Shown: piece after piece, positions 9,944-20,585 of the stretch
Position numbering within the stretch: the first letter of the stretch is position 1
Layout of the letters: every line of letters starts with the position of its first letter
NCBI GenBank assembly: GCA_021161255.1
Contig: JAGHAZ010000037.1
Location: 17,666 to 81,665, forward strand
Length of the DNA stretch: 64,000 nucleotides
Direction of reading: 5' to 3'
Source: Candidatus Bathyarchaeota archaeon
GTDB taxonomy: Archaea > Thermoproteota > CALKCG01 > B24
Program-made: the position numbers and the translations under genes
The notes under the pieces: generated by a model
What the model was told of the DNA's origin: nothing
Databases searched by the model: none
Seen by the model: the letters and a program-made list of their open reading frames with translations, nothing else

Positions 9944-11585
9944 CCCTTTTAGCCATTTGAACCTTCACGTATTTAGCTAGGAATCCCTTAAGCCTCCTCT
10001 CAGGTCTCCTCCACCTAGCCTTTCTATCCTCTAAGACCTCACGGTCAACATTTAGGTTTAGAATCCTCCTTGGGATGTCTATCTCTATCTCATCCCCGTC
10101 TTCGACCAGCGCTATCGGTCCCCCCTCATAGGCCTCAGGAGAGACATGGCCTATACAGGGTCCTCGGGTCGCCCCCGAGAACCTACCGTCTGTAACAAGC
10201 GCTATGTTTTCCGATAAACCCATACCGTATATCAGAGCCGTAGGTATCAGCATCTCCTGCATGCCAGGTCCACCCATAGGCCCCTCATACCTTATAACCA
10301 CGACCTCCCCCTCCTCGATCGCATGTTCCTCTATCGCCTTCAAAGCATCCTCATGGCTATCGAAGACCCTAGCAGGCCCCTTAAACACCTTAACCCTATC
10401 TGAGACCGCAGCCGCCTTGACGACCGCGCCCTCAGGGGCTAATGTACCCTTCAGTATGGCTATACCCCCCTCCTTCCTTAAGGGCTTACTTAGGGGTCTT
10501 ATCACACGCCTATCCAGAACCTGAGCCCCGGCTATGTTCTCTCTCAGGGTCCTACCGGTAACGGTTAACGCGTCTAGGTGTAGTAGCTCTCTAAGCTCGT
10601 TCATCAGGGCGGGGACGCCTCCCGCTCTATGGAAGTCCTCCATGTCCATATCCCCCCCGACACCTATCAGGTTTGCCAGATGCGGAACCTTACGGCTTAT
10701 CTTGTCGAAGAGGTCTAGGGGGATCTCTATGCCAAGCTCCTCCGCTATGGCTGGTAGGTGGAGTATCGTGTTCGTAGAGCCCCCGAGGGCCATGTCCACC
10801 ACGATGGCGTTCTCGAAAGCCTCAGCCGTCAAAATCTTAGAAGGAGTCAACCCCTTCTCGACGAGCCTAACCGCTTGTTCACCGGCTTCCCTAGCCTTAG
10901 AGAGCTTGCTGGAGTAATACGCCGGGATCGTCGCCGTGTAGGGTAGAGACATACCTAACGCCTCTGAGAGGCAGGCCATAGTGTTAGCCGTGAAGAGGCC
11001 GTTACAAGCTCCACAGGTCGGGCATGCTATATCCTCGAGTCTTCTAAGCTCCTCCTCGGTCATCTGGCCGGCCAACACCTTCCCCACGGCCTCCACGACC
11101 GTAAGTATCCCCGTCTTTTCACCCCTCCACCTGCCGGAGCCCATCGGGCCACCGGTTACGACTATACAGGGTATATCGAGCCTAGCAGCGGCCATGAGCA
11201 TCCCAGGTGTTATCTTATCGCAGTTCGTCAGCAGTACTAATCCGTCTAGCCTATGCGCCTCAGCCATGACCTCCACGCTATCGGCTATCAGCTCCCTAGA
11301 GGGTAGGGAGTATTTCATACCTCTATGACCCATCGCTATACCGTCGCATACGGCTACAGTGTTAAACTCGAACGGGACTCCCCCACCCCTCCAGACACCT
11401 TCTTTAACGGCTTCGGCTAAGCGTCTTAGGTGCATGTGTCCGGGGACGATGTCGGTGTAGCTACTGGCCACGCCTATGAACGGCTTGTCTAAGTCCTTCC
11501 TCCCTATGCCTAGGGAGAAGAGTAGCCCCCTATGATGCGCTCTATCTAAACCCATTTTTACTTCTTCACTTCTGAACCCGGTCAA
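9927..11585 (-). CDS. ilvD: Dihydroxy-acid dehydratase
   Basis: 552 aa. '[24 protein letters not shown]', '[16 protein letters not shown]' and '[20 protein letters not shown]' are IlvD/Edd hallmarks. Confidence 0.95.
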   Translation of the reverse strand: MTGFRSEEVKMGLDRAHHRGLLFSLGIGRKDLDKPFIGVASSYTDIVPGHMHLRRLAEAVKEGVWRGGGVPFEFNTVAVCDGIAMGHRGMKYSLPSRELIADSVEVMAEAHRLDGLVLLTNCDKITPGMLMAAARLDIPCIVVTGGPMGSGRWRGEKTGILTVVEAVGKVLAGQMTEEELRRLEDIACPTCGACNGLFTANTMACLSEALGMSLPYTATIPAYYSSKLSKAREAGEQAVRLVEKGLTPSKILTAEAFENAIVVDMALGGSTNTILHLPAIAEELGIEIPLDLFDKISRKVPHLANLIGVGGDMDMEDFHRAGGVPALMNELRELLHLDALTVTGRTLRENIAGAQVLDRRVIRPLSKPLRKEGGIAILKGTLAPEGAVVKAAAVSDRVKVFKGPARVFDSHEDALKAIEEHAIEEGEVVVIRYEGPMGGPGMQEMLIPTALIYGMGLSENIALVTDGRFSGATRGPCIGHVSPEAYEGGPIALVEDGDEIEIDIPRRILNLNVDREVLEDRKARWRRPERRLKGFLAKYVKVQMAKRAREPL

Positions 11586-11727
11586 GGTTAAACACCCTAA
11601 ACGATACGTTGAAAATACTCGAAAATCCTTAGTTAAGTCTTGCTCTGAACTTAGCCTTTCTAAGGTAAAGCTTATATGTGTGTAGCCGGTTTAAAATAGG
11701 CTTGCGCTTTATCTCATCCAGGGGGAT

Positions 11728-13284
11728 GTGAAGTGGGGTGGTATTTTATCATCGGATTGCGAGTTCCCGTCTAGAATACTCGTTCTAGATACCACTTTAA
11801 GAGACGGTGAACAGACGCCTGGAGTATCATTGACACCTGAGAAGAAGCTTAGGATCGCGTTAAAACTCGACGAACTCGGGGTCGACTTCATAGAAGCCGG
11901 TTTCGCAGCCGCGTCTAAGGGAGAGTTTGAGGCCTTAAAGCTCATATCCGAACAGGGGCTTAGAGCCGGCGTCTACAGCTTCAGCAGATGCGTTAAATCC
12001 GACATAGACTCAGCCGCGGACGCCGGAGTAGACGGCGTGGCCCTGACCATACCTACGTCAGACCTACACCTGAAGTATAAGCTTAAGAAGGACAGGGGCT
12101 TCGTCTTGGAGAGGACCGAGGAGTGTGTGGAATATGCGAAGACTAGAGGCTTGACAGTCGAGTTTCTAGCCGAGGACGGAAGCCGGAGCGACCTAGATTT
12201 CCTCGAAAAAGTCTTTAAGAAGGCCGTCGAATGCGGAGCCGATAGGGTCTGTCTATGCGACACGGTGGGTGTCTTAACGGCTGAAAAGACCGCAGAGATG
12301 GTTCGGAGGCTCTCGGATAGCGTAACGGTTCCCCTCGCCGTCCACTGCCACAACGACTTCGGGTTAGCTGTATCGAACTCGATAACCGCTCTTAAGAACG
12401 GTGCACAGGAGGTTCACGTGACCGTTAACGGTCTCGGGGAGAGGGCTGGTAACGCGGCTCTGGAGGAGCTTGTGGTAGCCTTAACCGTGCTATACGGCTG
12501 TAAGCTTAACGTCAAGACTAAGCTTCTCTACGAGACCTCTAGGCTCGTGGCCAGGCTTACGGGGATATTCCTCCCGCCGAATAAGGCCATAGTGGGCGAT
12601 AACGCCTTCACCCATGAGTCGGGTATACATACCCATGGTGTTCTCTCACATCCGGCGACCTATGAGCCTATATCACCCGAGCTTGTAGGAGCGTCTCGGA
12701 GGATAGCTGTAGGTAAACACGCGGGCTCCCATGGCGTGGAGGCAGTCCTCAGAAGTATGGGGCTTGAAGTCAGTAAGGAGCAGCTTACAGAGATCTTAAG
12801 GCGTGTAAAAGCCTTGGGCGACCGCGGTAAGCAGGTCACGGAGGCGGACCTTCAGGCGATAGCCGAAGCCGTTTTAGGGCTTCCAAGGGTTAGACCTATA
12901 ATGCTTGAGGAGCTTACGGTCGTGACGGGCAATAGAGTCACCCCTATGGCCTCTGTAAGGCTTAGCCTAAACGGTAGGTCGATCACGGAGGCTGCTACCG
13001 GGGTCGGACCGGTGGACGCGGCTATAAACGCGATCAGAAAGGCTGTCTCGGCCGTAGAGCCTGTGCAGCTTGAAGAATACCACGTTAAAGCGATCACCGG
13101 TGGGACGGATGCGGTTGTCGAGGTTATGGTTAGGCTCAGGAGAGGAGATAGGGTGGTCACAGCCATGGGTGCTAGGGGGGATATAGTCATGGCGAGCGTC
13201 GAAGCAGTTTTAAGTGGTATGAACGCCTTACTGGTGGATTATGAGAAGCTTATGGAGGGTGGTAGGGTTGAAGATGAGCGGTAG
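11728..13284 (+). CDS. leuA: 2-isopropylmalate synthase / (R)-citramalate synthase (LeuA/CimA family, with C-terminal LeuA-dimer regulatory domain)
   Basis: '[16 protein letters not shown]', '[13 protein letters not shown]', '[11 protein letters not shown]'. LeuA versus CimA cannot be decided from the sequence alone. Confidence 0.9.
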   Translation: MKWGGILSSDCEFPSRILVLDTTLRDGEQTPGVSLTPEKKLRIALKLDELGVDFIEAGFAAASKGEFEALKLISEQGLRAGVYSFSRCVKSDIDSAADAGVDGVALTIPTSDLHLKYKLKKDRGFVLERTEECVEYAKTRGLTVEFLAEDGSRSDLDFLEKVFKKAVECGADRVCLCDTVGVLTAEKTAEMVRRLSDSVTVPLAVHCHNDFGLAVSNSITALKNGAQEVHVTVNGLGERAGNAALEELVVALTVLYGCKLNVKTKLLYETSRLVARLTGIFLPPNKAIVGDNAFTHESGIHTHGVLSHPATYEPISPELVGASRRIAVGKHAGSHGVEAVLRSMGLEVSKEQLTEILRRVKALGDRGKQVTEADLQAIAEAVLGLPRVRPIMLEELTVVTGNRVTPMASVRLSLNGRSITEAATGVGPVDAAINAIRKAVSAVEPVQLEEYHVKAITGGTDAVVEVMVRLRRGDRVVTAMGARGDIVMASVEAVLSGMNALLVDYEKLMEGGRVEDER

Positions 13285-14941
13285 TCAGGCTATTGTAGAG
13301 GCTCTGAAAGGGGAAGGTGTTAAAACGATATTCGGAATACCTGGCGGGGCCATAATGCCCGTCTACGACGTCTTATACGACGAGAAGGAGATAAGACATA
13401 TACTTATGCGTCACGAGCAGTGCGCCGCGCATGCGGCCGACGCATACGCCAGGGTTACAGGTGGCCCCGGCGTATGTATGGCTACCTCAGGGCCAGGTGC
13501 TACGAACCTTGTCACGGGTATAGCTACGGCTTACATGGATTCAAGCCCGGTCATCGCTATAACCGGGCAGGTCCCGACGAGTCTGATCGGTAGAGACGCT
13601 TTCCAAGAGACCGACATAATCGGCATAACTACTCCCATAACCAAATACAACTACCAGGTTAGAAGCGTTCGAGATATTCCCAAGATAATCAAAGAGGCCT
13701 TCTATATCGCTACGGCCGGTAGACCTGGACCGGTTTTGATAGACCTACCTAAAGACATGCAGACGGGGGTAGACGACGTAGACTTCGACGTCGACGTCGA
13801 AATAAGGGGGTATAAGCCTAACTTAGACCCTCACCCGCTTCAGGTTAAGAGGGCCGTAGATATACTCGTCGAGGCTGAACGTCCGATAATCTTAGCCGGC
13901 GGAGGGATCCACTGGTCTAACGCCTACGGAGAGCTTCTTAGGTTGGCTGAGCTTCTGATGGCTCCTGTGGTCACTACGTTCATGGGTAAAGGCGTTATAC
14001 CTGAGAACCATCCACTGTGTCTTGGATGCATCGGTATGCACGGTAGGGTCGAGGCTAACAAGTCGATAATGATGGCCGACGTCGTCCTAGCGGTCGGTGT
14101 TAGGTTCTCGGATAGGAGCACGGGTAAAGTAGATGAGTTCTGCACCGAGGCTAAGATAATTCACATCGACATAGACCCGTCTGAGATAAGGAAGAACGTC
14201 GCTGTGCATCTGCCGATAGTCGCGGACGCTAAGAAGGCTTTAAAGGCCATCATAGACGAGCTCACCCGTAGGGGTTTGAAACGGGAGAAGTCTGAGTGGC
14301 TTAAGAGGGTTGAGACGCTTAAGAAAGAGTACGCCGACACTGAACCCGGGGGAGAGCTTACGGGAGCGAACGCCGTTAAGGTTTTGCGTAAGGTTCTTCC
14401 TGAGAACGCTATAGTGGCTACGGAGGTCGGTCAAAACCAGATGTGGGCATCTCTATACTTTAAGGTTCTAAAGCCTAAGACGTTCATATCTTCAGGCGGT
14501 CTGGGAACCATGGGCTTCGGGTTCCCTGCATCTCTAGGCGCTAAAGCCGCTAGACCGGACGTGCCTGTCGTCGATATAGCGGGCGACGGAAGCTTCCTGA
14601 TGACCGAGCAGGACTTAGCTACCAGCGTGACAGAAGACCTTCCGGTCATAGTCATGGTGTTGAACAACTCAAGCCTAGGTATGGTTGCTCAGTGGCAGAG
14701 ACTATTCTTCGGTAGACGGTATTCCCACACGGACCTGAAGGGTATACCAGACTTCGCCAGGCTCGCAGAGGCCTTTGGAGCTAGAGGGGTTAGGGTACAC
14801 TCTTTAAACGAGCTCGAGCAGGTCCTTAAAGAAGCAGTCAAGGCTGATGTGACGGTCGTCATAGACGTCCCGATACCGAGGGAGGAGAACGTCCTACCGT
14901 TCGTACCTCCTGGTAAAAGCTTGAGAGAGATGATAATCTAG
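13274..14941 (+). CDS. ilvB: Acetolactate synthase large subunit (ThDP-dependent)
   Basis: '[32 protein letters not shown]' and ThDP motif 'GDGSFLMTEQDLATS...NNSSLGMV'. Tracked ORF starts at 13241; ATG 13274 fits the family N-terminus and overlaps the leuA stop by 11 nt. Confidence 0.95.
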   Translation: MSGSQAIVEALKGEGVKTIFGIPGGAIMPVYDVLYDEKEIRHILMRHEQCAAHAADAYARVTGGPGVCMATSGPGATNLVTGIATAYMDSSPVIAITGQVPTSLIGRDAFQETDIIGITTPITKYNYQVRSVRDIPKIIKEAFYIATAGRPGPVLIDLPKDMQTGVDDVDFDVDVEIRGYKPNLDPHPLQVKRAVDILVEAERPIILAGGGIHWSNAYGELLRLAELLMAPVVTTFMGKGVIPENHPLCLGCIGMHGRVEANKSIMMADVVLAVGVRFSDRSTGKVDEFCTEAKIIHIDIDPSEIRKNVAVHLPIVADAKKALKAIIDELTRRGLKREKSEWLKRVETLKKEYADTEPGGELTGANAVKVLRKVLPENAIVATEVGQNQMWASLYFKVLKPKTFISSGGLGTMGFGFPASLGAKAARPDVPVVDIAGDGSFLMTEQDLATSVTEDLPVIVMVLNNSSLGMVAQWQRLFFGRRYSHTDLKGIPDFARLAEAFGARGVRVHSLNELEQVLKEAVKADVTVVIDVPIPREENVLPFVPPGKSLREMII

Positions 14942-14944
14942 GAG

Positions 14945-15457
14945 GTGGCTCTTTTGGCAGAGCATATTCTGGCGGCTCTTGTCGAGCATAGGCCTGGGGT
15001 TTTATACAGGGTCTCAAACATGTTCAGGAGGAGGAACTTTAACATAGAGAGCATCACGGTCGGTGTGAGCGAGATCAAGGACTTAGCTAGGATGACTATA
15101 ACGGTTAAGGGGAACGAGCTGACGGTCGAGCAGGTCATAAAGCAGCTTCAGAAGCTCGTGGACGTAATCAAGGTGAGCAGGCTTGACCCGGATAGAAGCG
15201 TCGTCAGGGAGCTGGCGCTGATCAAGGTTCACACTTCCGACTCGAAGGCTAAGGGCGACGTGGTGAACTATGCAAACATATTCAGAGGCAGGATCGTAGA
15301 CGTGTCCAGGGACTCTATGATAGTCGAGATCACAGGCTCGCCTGATAAGATCGATGCATTCGTCGAGCTCATGAGGTCCTACGGTATCAAGGAGCTTGCC
15401 CGGACAGGGGTCGTGGCTATGTCCAGAGGGCTTAAATCGCTTAAGGTCGAAGAGTAG
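14945..15457 (+). CDS. ilvN: Acetolactate synthase small (regulatory, ACT-domain) subunit
   Basis: '[34 protein letters not shown]' is the typical IlvN/IlvH ACT domain. Position between ilvB and ilvC agrees. Confidence 0.9.
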   Translation: MALLAEHILAALVEHRPGVLYRVSNMFRRRNFNIESITVGVSEIKDLARMTITVKGNELTVEQVIKQLQKLVDVIKVSRLDPDRSVVRELALIKVHTSDSKAKGDVVNYANIFRGRIVDVSRDSMIVEITGSPDKIDAFVELMRSYGIKELARTGVVAMSRGLKSLKVEE

Positions 15458-15474
15458 TCGGAGGTGCATCCCCG

Positions 15475-16464
15475 TTGGTTAAGGTGTTCTACGATAAAGA
15501 CGTATCCCTCGACCCGTTGAAGGATAGGGTTATCGCCGTCATAGGCTATGGGAACCAGGGTAGAAACCAGGCTTTGAACTTCCGAGACTCCGGGGTGAAG
15601 GTCATCATAGGCGCTAGAGAAGGCGGTAGGTCCTGGAGACTTGCGTCGGAAGAGGGGTTCGAGGTGTATACGATAAGCGAGGCGGCTAAACGCGGCGATA
15701 TAATCCACATACTTATACCGGATCCGGTTCAGCCTGAGGTGTACGCGAAGCACATAGCCGCCCACCTCTCGGAGGGTAAGGCTCTCGGGTTTAGCCACGG
15801 CTTCAACATACACTTCAAGCAGATCGTTCCGCCGTCAGACGTGGACGTGATCATGGTAGCCCCCAAGGGGCCCGGCTTCCTGGTACGTCGTATGTACCTC
15901 GACGGCTTCGGTGTTCCAGCTCTGATAGCGGTTCATCAAGACTACACCGGTAAGGCTAAGGACACGGTCTTAGCTATGGCTAAGGCCTTGGGTTGCACTA
16001 GGGCCGGGGTCATAGAGACGACTTTCAAGGACGAGACGGAGAGCGACCTTATAGGTGAGCAGTGCGTCCTCGTAGGAGGCTTGATCGAGCTTATCAAGAA
16101 GGGGTTCGAGGTGCTTGTCGAGTTGGGTTACCCACCTGAATTAGCCTACTTTGAAGCTTGCAACGAGGCTAAGCTCATAATGGACCTTATATACGAGAGG
16201 GGGTTAACGGGCATGCTCTACGCGGTTTCAGATACGGCTAAACATGGGGGGCTCACTAGAGGCCCCAGGGTGATCGACGACAGGGTTAAGGAGAACATGC
16301 GTAAGGTCGCGGAGGAGGTCAGGAGCGGTAAATACGCTGAGGAGTGGATCAAGGAGGATGCCTCAGGTAGGCCGACCCTTAAGAAGCTCTTAGCCGAGAT
16401 AGAGAAGCATCCGCTCGAGATAGTCGGGAAGAAGATACGTAAAATGGCTGGGATAGAGAAGTAG
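15475..16464 (+). CDS. ilvC: Ketol-acid reductoisomerase
   Basis: '[22 protein letters not shown]', '[10 protein letters not shown]', '[11 protein letters not shown]'. Confidence 0.95.
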   Translation: MVKVFYDKDVSLDPLKDRVIAVIGYGNQGRNQALNFRDSGVKVIIGAREGGRSWRLASEEGFEVYTISEAAKRGDIIHILIPDPVQPEVYAKHIAAHLSEGKALGFSHGFNIHFKQIVPPSDVDVIMVAPKGPGFLVRRMYLDGFGVPALIAVHQDYTGKAKDTVLAMAKALGCTRAGVIETTFKDETESDLIGEQCVLVGGLIELIKKGFEVLVELGYPPELAYFEACNEAKLIMDLIYERGLTGMLYAVSDTAKHGGLTRGPRVIDDRVKENMRKVAEEVRSGKYAEEWIKEDASGRPTLKKLLAEIEKHPLEIVGKKIRKMAGIEK

Positions 16465-16533
16465 TTTTCCGGAAATACTTCCCAATTTTCTATCATAACT
16501 TGTTTAAGTCGAGCTTCCTCTAAATATTATGGA

Positions 16534-17589
16534 GTGTTGGAGAAGCCTGCTTTAAAAGTCGAAAAATGTCTCGGAGAAGAAGCTCTCAAAGCAGTTTCTA
16601 AGCTTGGTCTTCTAGATAGGGGTTTCAAGGTTAAACAGCTAGACGGCTATATAGCCATACCTCTCGTCAGAAACCCCACCGAGGAGGAGTTCAACGCCTT
16701 AAGACACTTGAACCCTGTCGTCTACGTGGAGGAGTTCGAGCCTAGGCTTAGGCCGAGGAGCGTAAGAGAGGCTCTAGAGGATATGGTTCCAGAGGATGTT
16801 CTAAGTTCGATACCCGCCTCCCTAGACCTCGTAGGCGACGTAGCCATAATCCAGTATCGCAGGGGGCTCGAGCCGTATCTCAAAGCGGTCGGTGAAGCCG
16901 TTATGAAGGTTTACCCACGGGTTAAGAGTGTTCTAGTCAAGACAAGTCCGATATCAGGAGAGTTCAGGGTCGGAGGTTATATGGTAGTGGCTGGTTCAGG
17001 AGATACCGAGACCGTCCATAAGGAGCATGGCTGCCTCTACGCCGTCGACCCCGTTAAGGTCTACTTCAGCCCCAGGCTCAGCTATGAACGTTTCAGGGTC
17101 GCCTCTATGGTTAAGCCGGGTGAAAGGGTGCTCGATATGTTCACCGGCGTGGGCTGCTATGCCATATTGATCGCTAAGAAGGTGACCGACTGCGTGGTCT
17201 ACGCCGTGGATATCAACCCCGTGGCCGTGAAATACCTCAAGCGTAACATCGCTATGAATAAGGTTCAGGGAAGGGTTATACCGGTTCAAGGCGACGTGGT
17301 GAAGGTGGTGGAGGAAGGGCTTAAAGGAGTTTTCGACAGGGTTATAATGGATAACCCGTCTAAAGCCAAGTTTTTCCTTAAAACAGCCTGCCAGGCCCTG
17401 AAGCCGTCAGGTGGCGTTATCCACTATTATGGGTTCTATCCTGAGCCTAACCCCGAGGACCAAGCTTTGAAGGATTTCCGTCGAGGCGTCTTGAAAGCCG
17501 GTAGACTTGTAGAATCTGCCGAGACCAGAATAGTTAGGGAGGTCTCACCTAGGAGATACCACGTAGCAGTCGACGGTAAAGTATGCTAG
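16534..17589 (+). CDS. trm5: tRNA (guanine37-N1)-methyltransferase Trm5-like (Met-10+ domain, class I SAM MTase)
   Basis: 'SLDLVGDVAIIQ', 'YFSPRLSYER', SAM motif 'VLDMFTGVGCYAILIAKK', 'VYAVDINP', catalytic 'VIMDNPS'. Confidence 0.7.
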   Translation: MLEKPALKVEKCLGEEALKAVSKLGLLDRGFKVKQLDGYIAIPLVRNPTEEEFNALRHLNPVVYVEEFEPRLRPRSVREALEDMVPEDVLSSIPASLDLVGDVAIIQYRRGLEPYLKAVGEAVMKVYPRVKSVLVKTSPISGEFRVGGYMVVAGSGDTETVHKEHGCLYAVDPVKVYFSPRLSYERFRVASMVKPGERVLDMFTGVGCYAILIAKKVTDCVVYAVDINPVAVKYLKRNIAMNKVQGRVIPVQGDVVKVVEEGLKGVFDRVIMDNPSKAKFFLKTACQALKPSGGVIHYYGFYPEPNPEDQALKDFRRGVLKAGRLVESAETRIVREVSPRRYHVAVDGKVC

Positions 17590-17641
17590 AGACAGGTTTT
17601 TAACTGTAGGAATTCGGTACTCTCTAGATGTCGACCAAGGG

Positions 17642-18307
17642 GTGTTAAGGTTGCGGAGAGCTAAAAGTATAATGGTCGCCACGGCCTCCATGTTGGGAGC
17701 GGTCTCCGGTCTACTTTCGCTAATGAAAGTGTCGATACCCTTTCCGATACTACCCTATCTCAAGATAGACTTCGCAGAGATACCTGACTTCCTAGCGCTC
17801 ATGGTTTTAGGGCCGGTCGGAGGGGGGTTAACGGCCACCGTACACTTCGCGGTTATCCTAGCTAGGTCTGGAAACCTCTTCAGCGCCTCTATGAAGTATA
17901 TAGCCGTACTATCGACGATGGTGGGCTTCATAGTCGCTAGGCCGCTCGTCGAAAAAATGAGGTTTAAGGGCAACCCCAAGAACATATTCATAGCTGGCTT
18001 AAGTCTAGCCTCCTTATCTAGGATAGCTGTGATGACGGTCTTAAACCTACTAATGTTCACGATACTCTTTCCAAACTACCTCATATTCGCTAAGAAGACG
18101 CTTGAAGCCTTCGGCCTAGAGATAACGTCAGACCTCGAGGCGCTTTACTACGCTCTAGCCTTCACAGGACTATACAACTTGATAAACACGGTCGTAGCGG
18201 TCGTGCCAGCGCTTCTCATACTAAAGGCGCTGAAAACATTTCTGGAGAAATCCTATAAACAACCGGTGTGGATATATAGCGAACCTAAAAAACAGGGGCG
18301 TTCTTGA
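17642..18307 (+). CDS. Polytopic membrane protein, possibly ECF-transporter S-component-like
   Basis: About 6 hydrophobic helices. 'KIDFAEIPDFLALMVLGPVGG' resembles the S-component motif. Weak assignment. Confidence 0.35.
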   Translation: MLRLRRAKSIMVATASMLGAVSGLLSLMKVSIPFPILPYLKIDFAEIPDFLALMVLGPVGGGLTATVHFAVILARSGNLFSASMKYIAVLSTMVGFIVARPLVEKMRFKGNPKNIFIAGLSLASLSRIAVMTVLNLLMFTILFPNYLIFAKKTLEAFGLEITSDLEALYYALAFTGLYNLINTVVAVVPALLILKALKTFLEKSYKQPVWIYSEPKKQGRS

Positions 18308-18326
18308 ATCGAGCTTCCCGAGAACA

Positions 18327-18731
18327 CTAAGACTGTTTCGCACCGCAGTATGGGCAGTAGAACGCGTCAGACGGTATCTCAGCCCCACAGCTCCTACAGG
18401 TTTTAACCGCTTTATGCGGTAAAAGGGAGATTAACCCACGCTCCTTAAGCCTATTAACGTATTTAATCAGCGCCTGTTCAGCCTCTTCAAGGTTCATACC
18501 CTTAGTAGAAGCCAACATATACGCGACCTCCCTAAGGGTTCGCCTACCGTCTAGAAGCCTCAAAACGTAAGAGCCTATCTCGTCGAAAACATACTTTTTA
18601 GCCCTAGAGCCTAGAAGCCCTCTTCTCCTAACGATCACACTCATTTCTCCGGTAGGCTCATAGCCCCACTCCAATTCAGGGTTTCTAACCGCTACGTAGT
18701 CGAGGACATCCCTGCTCAACAGGTTCACCAA
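18327..18731 (-). CDS. PqqD-family (RRE-like) protein fused to a C-terminal zinc ribbon
   Basis: 'KKYVFDEIGSYVLRLLDGRRTLREVAYMLASTKGMNLEEAEQALIKYVNRLKERGLISLLP' fits the PqqD signature. C-terminus is 'CRSCGAEIPSDAFYCPYCG'. Paralogue of 27274..27735. Confidence 0.65.
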   Translation of the reverse strand: MVNLLSRDVLDYVAVRNPELEWGYEPTGEMSVIVRRRGLLGSRAKKYVFDEIGSYVLRLLDGRRTLREVAYMLASTKGMNLEEAEQALIKYVNRLKERGLISLLPHKAVKTCRSCGAEIPSDAFYCPYCGAKQS

Positions 18732-18892
18732 ATAAATTTTGATAACTTAAATCATAGACTTCGATTTAACAGTTTCGCTTTCGATCCATGTCGTCAAGTC
18801 CATACGCTGCAGGGATTTCAACTTAAACGCTCATTGTTGAAAGAAATCTGTCAAAAATGCCTCAAGATGATTTTTAACAGTATAGCATTTAT

Positions 18893-18910
18893 CTATAAAA
18901 ATTTTTATAG
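18893..18910. promoter_or_regulatory. Perfect 18-nt AT palindrome CTATAAAAATTTTTATAG in a 313-nt AT-rich divergent intergenic region
   Basis: Read directly. Lies between the PqqD-like gene (minus) and the KaiC-like gene (plus). Could act as a bidirectional TATA element or operator. Confidence 0.45.
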
Positions 18911-19044
18911 AGTCTCTTTAAAATATGAGTTCCTCGAGAAAGCTATGTCCCTATTAAAGACCTTTTTATACCAGTTTTTATTACATATCTCGAGAATATT
19001 TTGGTTTAAGATGCGTCGCCTAAACATGTCGGGTTTAGATTTAG

Positions 19045-20499
19045 ATGGTGAAGGAGGTTGTTTTCAAAATGAGGTCTTCAACTGTGAAGGAGTTAGATTA
19101 CATAATGGCTGGCTTCCCTAGAGGCGGTCTCGTAGTAATAGGTGGTCGGCCTGGTTCGGGGAAAACGACGTTTTCAGCTAGGTTCCTTTATCGCGGTGCT
19201 GTGGACTATGGCGAGCCTGGTGTCTACGCCTCGTTTGCGGAGGATAGACAAGGTTTCTACGGGAACATGGCTAGGTTTGGATTCGACTTCGCAGAGCTTG
19301 AGCGGAAGGGTTTGTTCACGTTCTTAGACCTGCTCACGTTTCAGGACGTGGAAGCATCTGAGCTTATCCTAAAGAATATCCTCGAAAGCATAGTCGACGC
19401 CGTGAAGCGGTTGGGAGCGAAGAGACTCGTCTTGGACCCATTTTCCGCTATGGCTCAAACGTTCAGAGATAGCAGGGAGCTAAACGTTTTCATTCAACGT
19501 CTCTTAGCCTTTGCGAGGCAACTCGGATGTACGACTATCCTCGTGGAGGAGACGTCGATAAGTGGAGGTGAGACTGGGGTTGGTATGGAGGAGTATTTAG
19601 CCGATGCTGTGATACTGTTCAGAGATACCCTTTTCGACGGAAGGTTTCTCAGGGACTTGAGGATAGTTAAGATGAGGGGCGTAGATGTTCAAGAGAAGCA
19701 GCTTATCTATACGTTGAAAGGAGGCTTTAGGGTCTTCTCACCGTTTAAACCTTTAAAGATAGGAAGGTGGGAAAACTATAAACCTCCTGAGGACCCTTCA
19801 GAAGATGTCTATTCGACGGGGGTTCCGAGTCTTGACGAGGCTATAGGTGGGTATCCCAGGGGCTCGACCGTGCTCTTAGAGGTCGATTCTAGACTTACAA
19901 ACTACGACTACCAGATAGCTTTACTCATGCCTCTGGGGGCTAGCTTCCTCAGTAAGGGGAGGCCTCTAATGGTGATTCCATCGCTGGGTGTGAACTGGGG
20001 CTCCATTTTAGAGATGACTATAGGGTCCGGTGTCGTAACAGATATCGAGGGTCTTTTAAGAGTATTCGCAACCGAAGCATTGTATGAAAGGAAGAAGCAT
20101 CCTTGTCTCGTTAGGGTGAAGGGAGAGTCCCTAAAGGCCGATTACGGTGTTTTCTGCCGGATCGAGGATGGTCTTACAGAGGTTTCAGGTCATCCCGTGC
20201 TTAGAATTCTCGGAGCCGACAGCCTCGTAGCTCAGTATGGGCTTGAGGAAACGTTCAGAGTCCTCTCTCTGGACGTGGATAGGGTCGCCTCCATGGGGGC
20301 CTTAAGCCTGATAATAACTAAACCGATTTATCCCGAACTTGCTGAGAGAATATCCCCCGTCGCGTCTATACATCTGAGGTTGACGAGAGAGCATGGAGCC
20401 CTCCTATTCTATGCGGTTAAGCCTAGAACCGGTATATACGTAGTCGAGATAGACGTATCCCAGGGATATCCTCAACCGAAACTAACCCCTATAACGTAA
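19045..20499 (+). CDS. KaiC/RecA-like ATPase with degenerate second KaiC-like domain
   Basis: Domain 1: 'GFPRGGLVVIGGRPGSGKTTFSARFLYRG', 'RLVLDPFS', 'IVKMRG'. Domain 2 begins 'GVPSLDEAIGGYPRGSTVLLEVDS' and has no P-loop. GGAGG at 19052-19056 favours ATG 19069 as the real start. Confidence 0.8.
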   Translation: MVKEVVFKMRSSTVKELDYIMAGFPRGGLVVIGGRPGSGKTTFSARFLYRGAVDYGEPGVYASFAEDRQGFYGNMARFGFDFAELERKGLFTFLDLLTFQDVEASELILKNILESIVDAVKRLGAKRLVLDPFSAMAQTFRDSRELNVFIQRLLAFARQLGCTTILVEETSISGGETGVGMEEYLADAVILFRDTLFDGRFLRDLRIVKMRGVDVQEKQLIYTLKGGFRVFSPFKPLKIGRWENYKPPEDPSEDVYSTGVPSLDEAIGGYPRGSTVLLEVDSRLTNYDYQIALLMPLGASFLSKGRPLMVIPSLGVNWGSILEMTIGSGVVTDIEGLLRVFATEALYERKKHPCLVRVKGESLKADYGVFCRIEDGLTEVSGHPVLRILGADSLVAQYGLEETFRVLSLDVDRVASMGALSLIITKPIYPELAERISPVASIHLRLTREHGALLFYAVKPRTGIYVVEIDVSQGYPQPKLTPIT

Positions 20500-20585
20500 A
20501 CCTATTGGAAACGTTAGTGTTACTAGGAGAACATACGCTACTGCTGGCTTATCCGCACACGATTTTTTTCCTTTCCGCTTTCAGG

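Noticed and set aside
18732-19044. AT-rich spacer with palindrome as a replication origin (oriC)
   Set aside because: There is no orc1/cdc6 gene adjacent and I could not find repeated ORB-like boxes flanking the AT stretch. A divergent promoter is the simpler explanation.
18834-19121. 95-aa ORF in the AT-rich spacer upstream of the KaiC-like gene
   Set aside because: Its composition (F/L/K/I/Y-rich) is what AT-rich non-coding DNA yields. It overlaps the KaiC-like gene start, and I recognise no motif.
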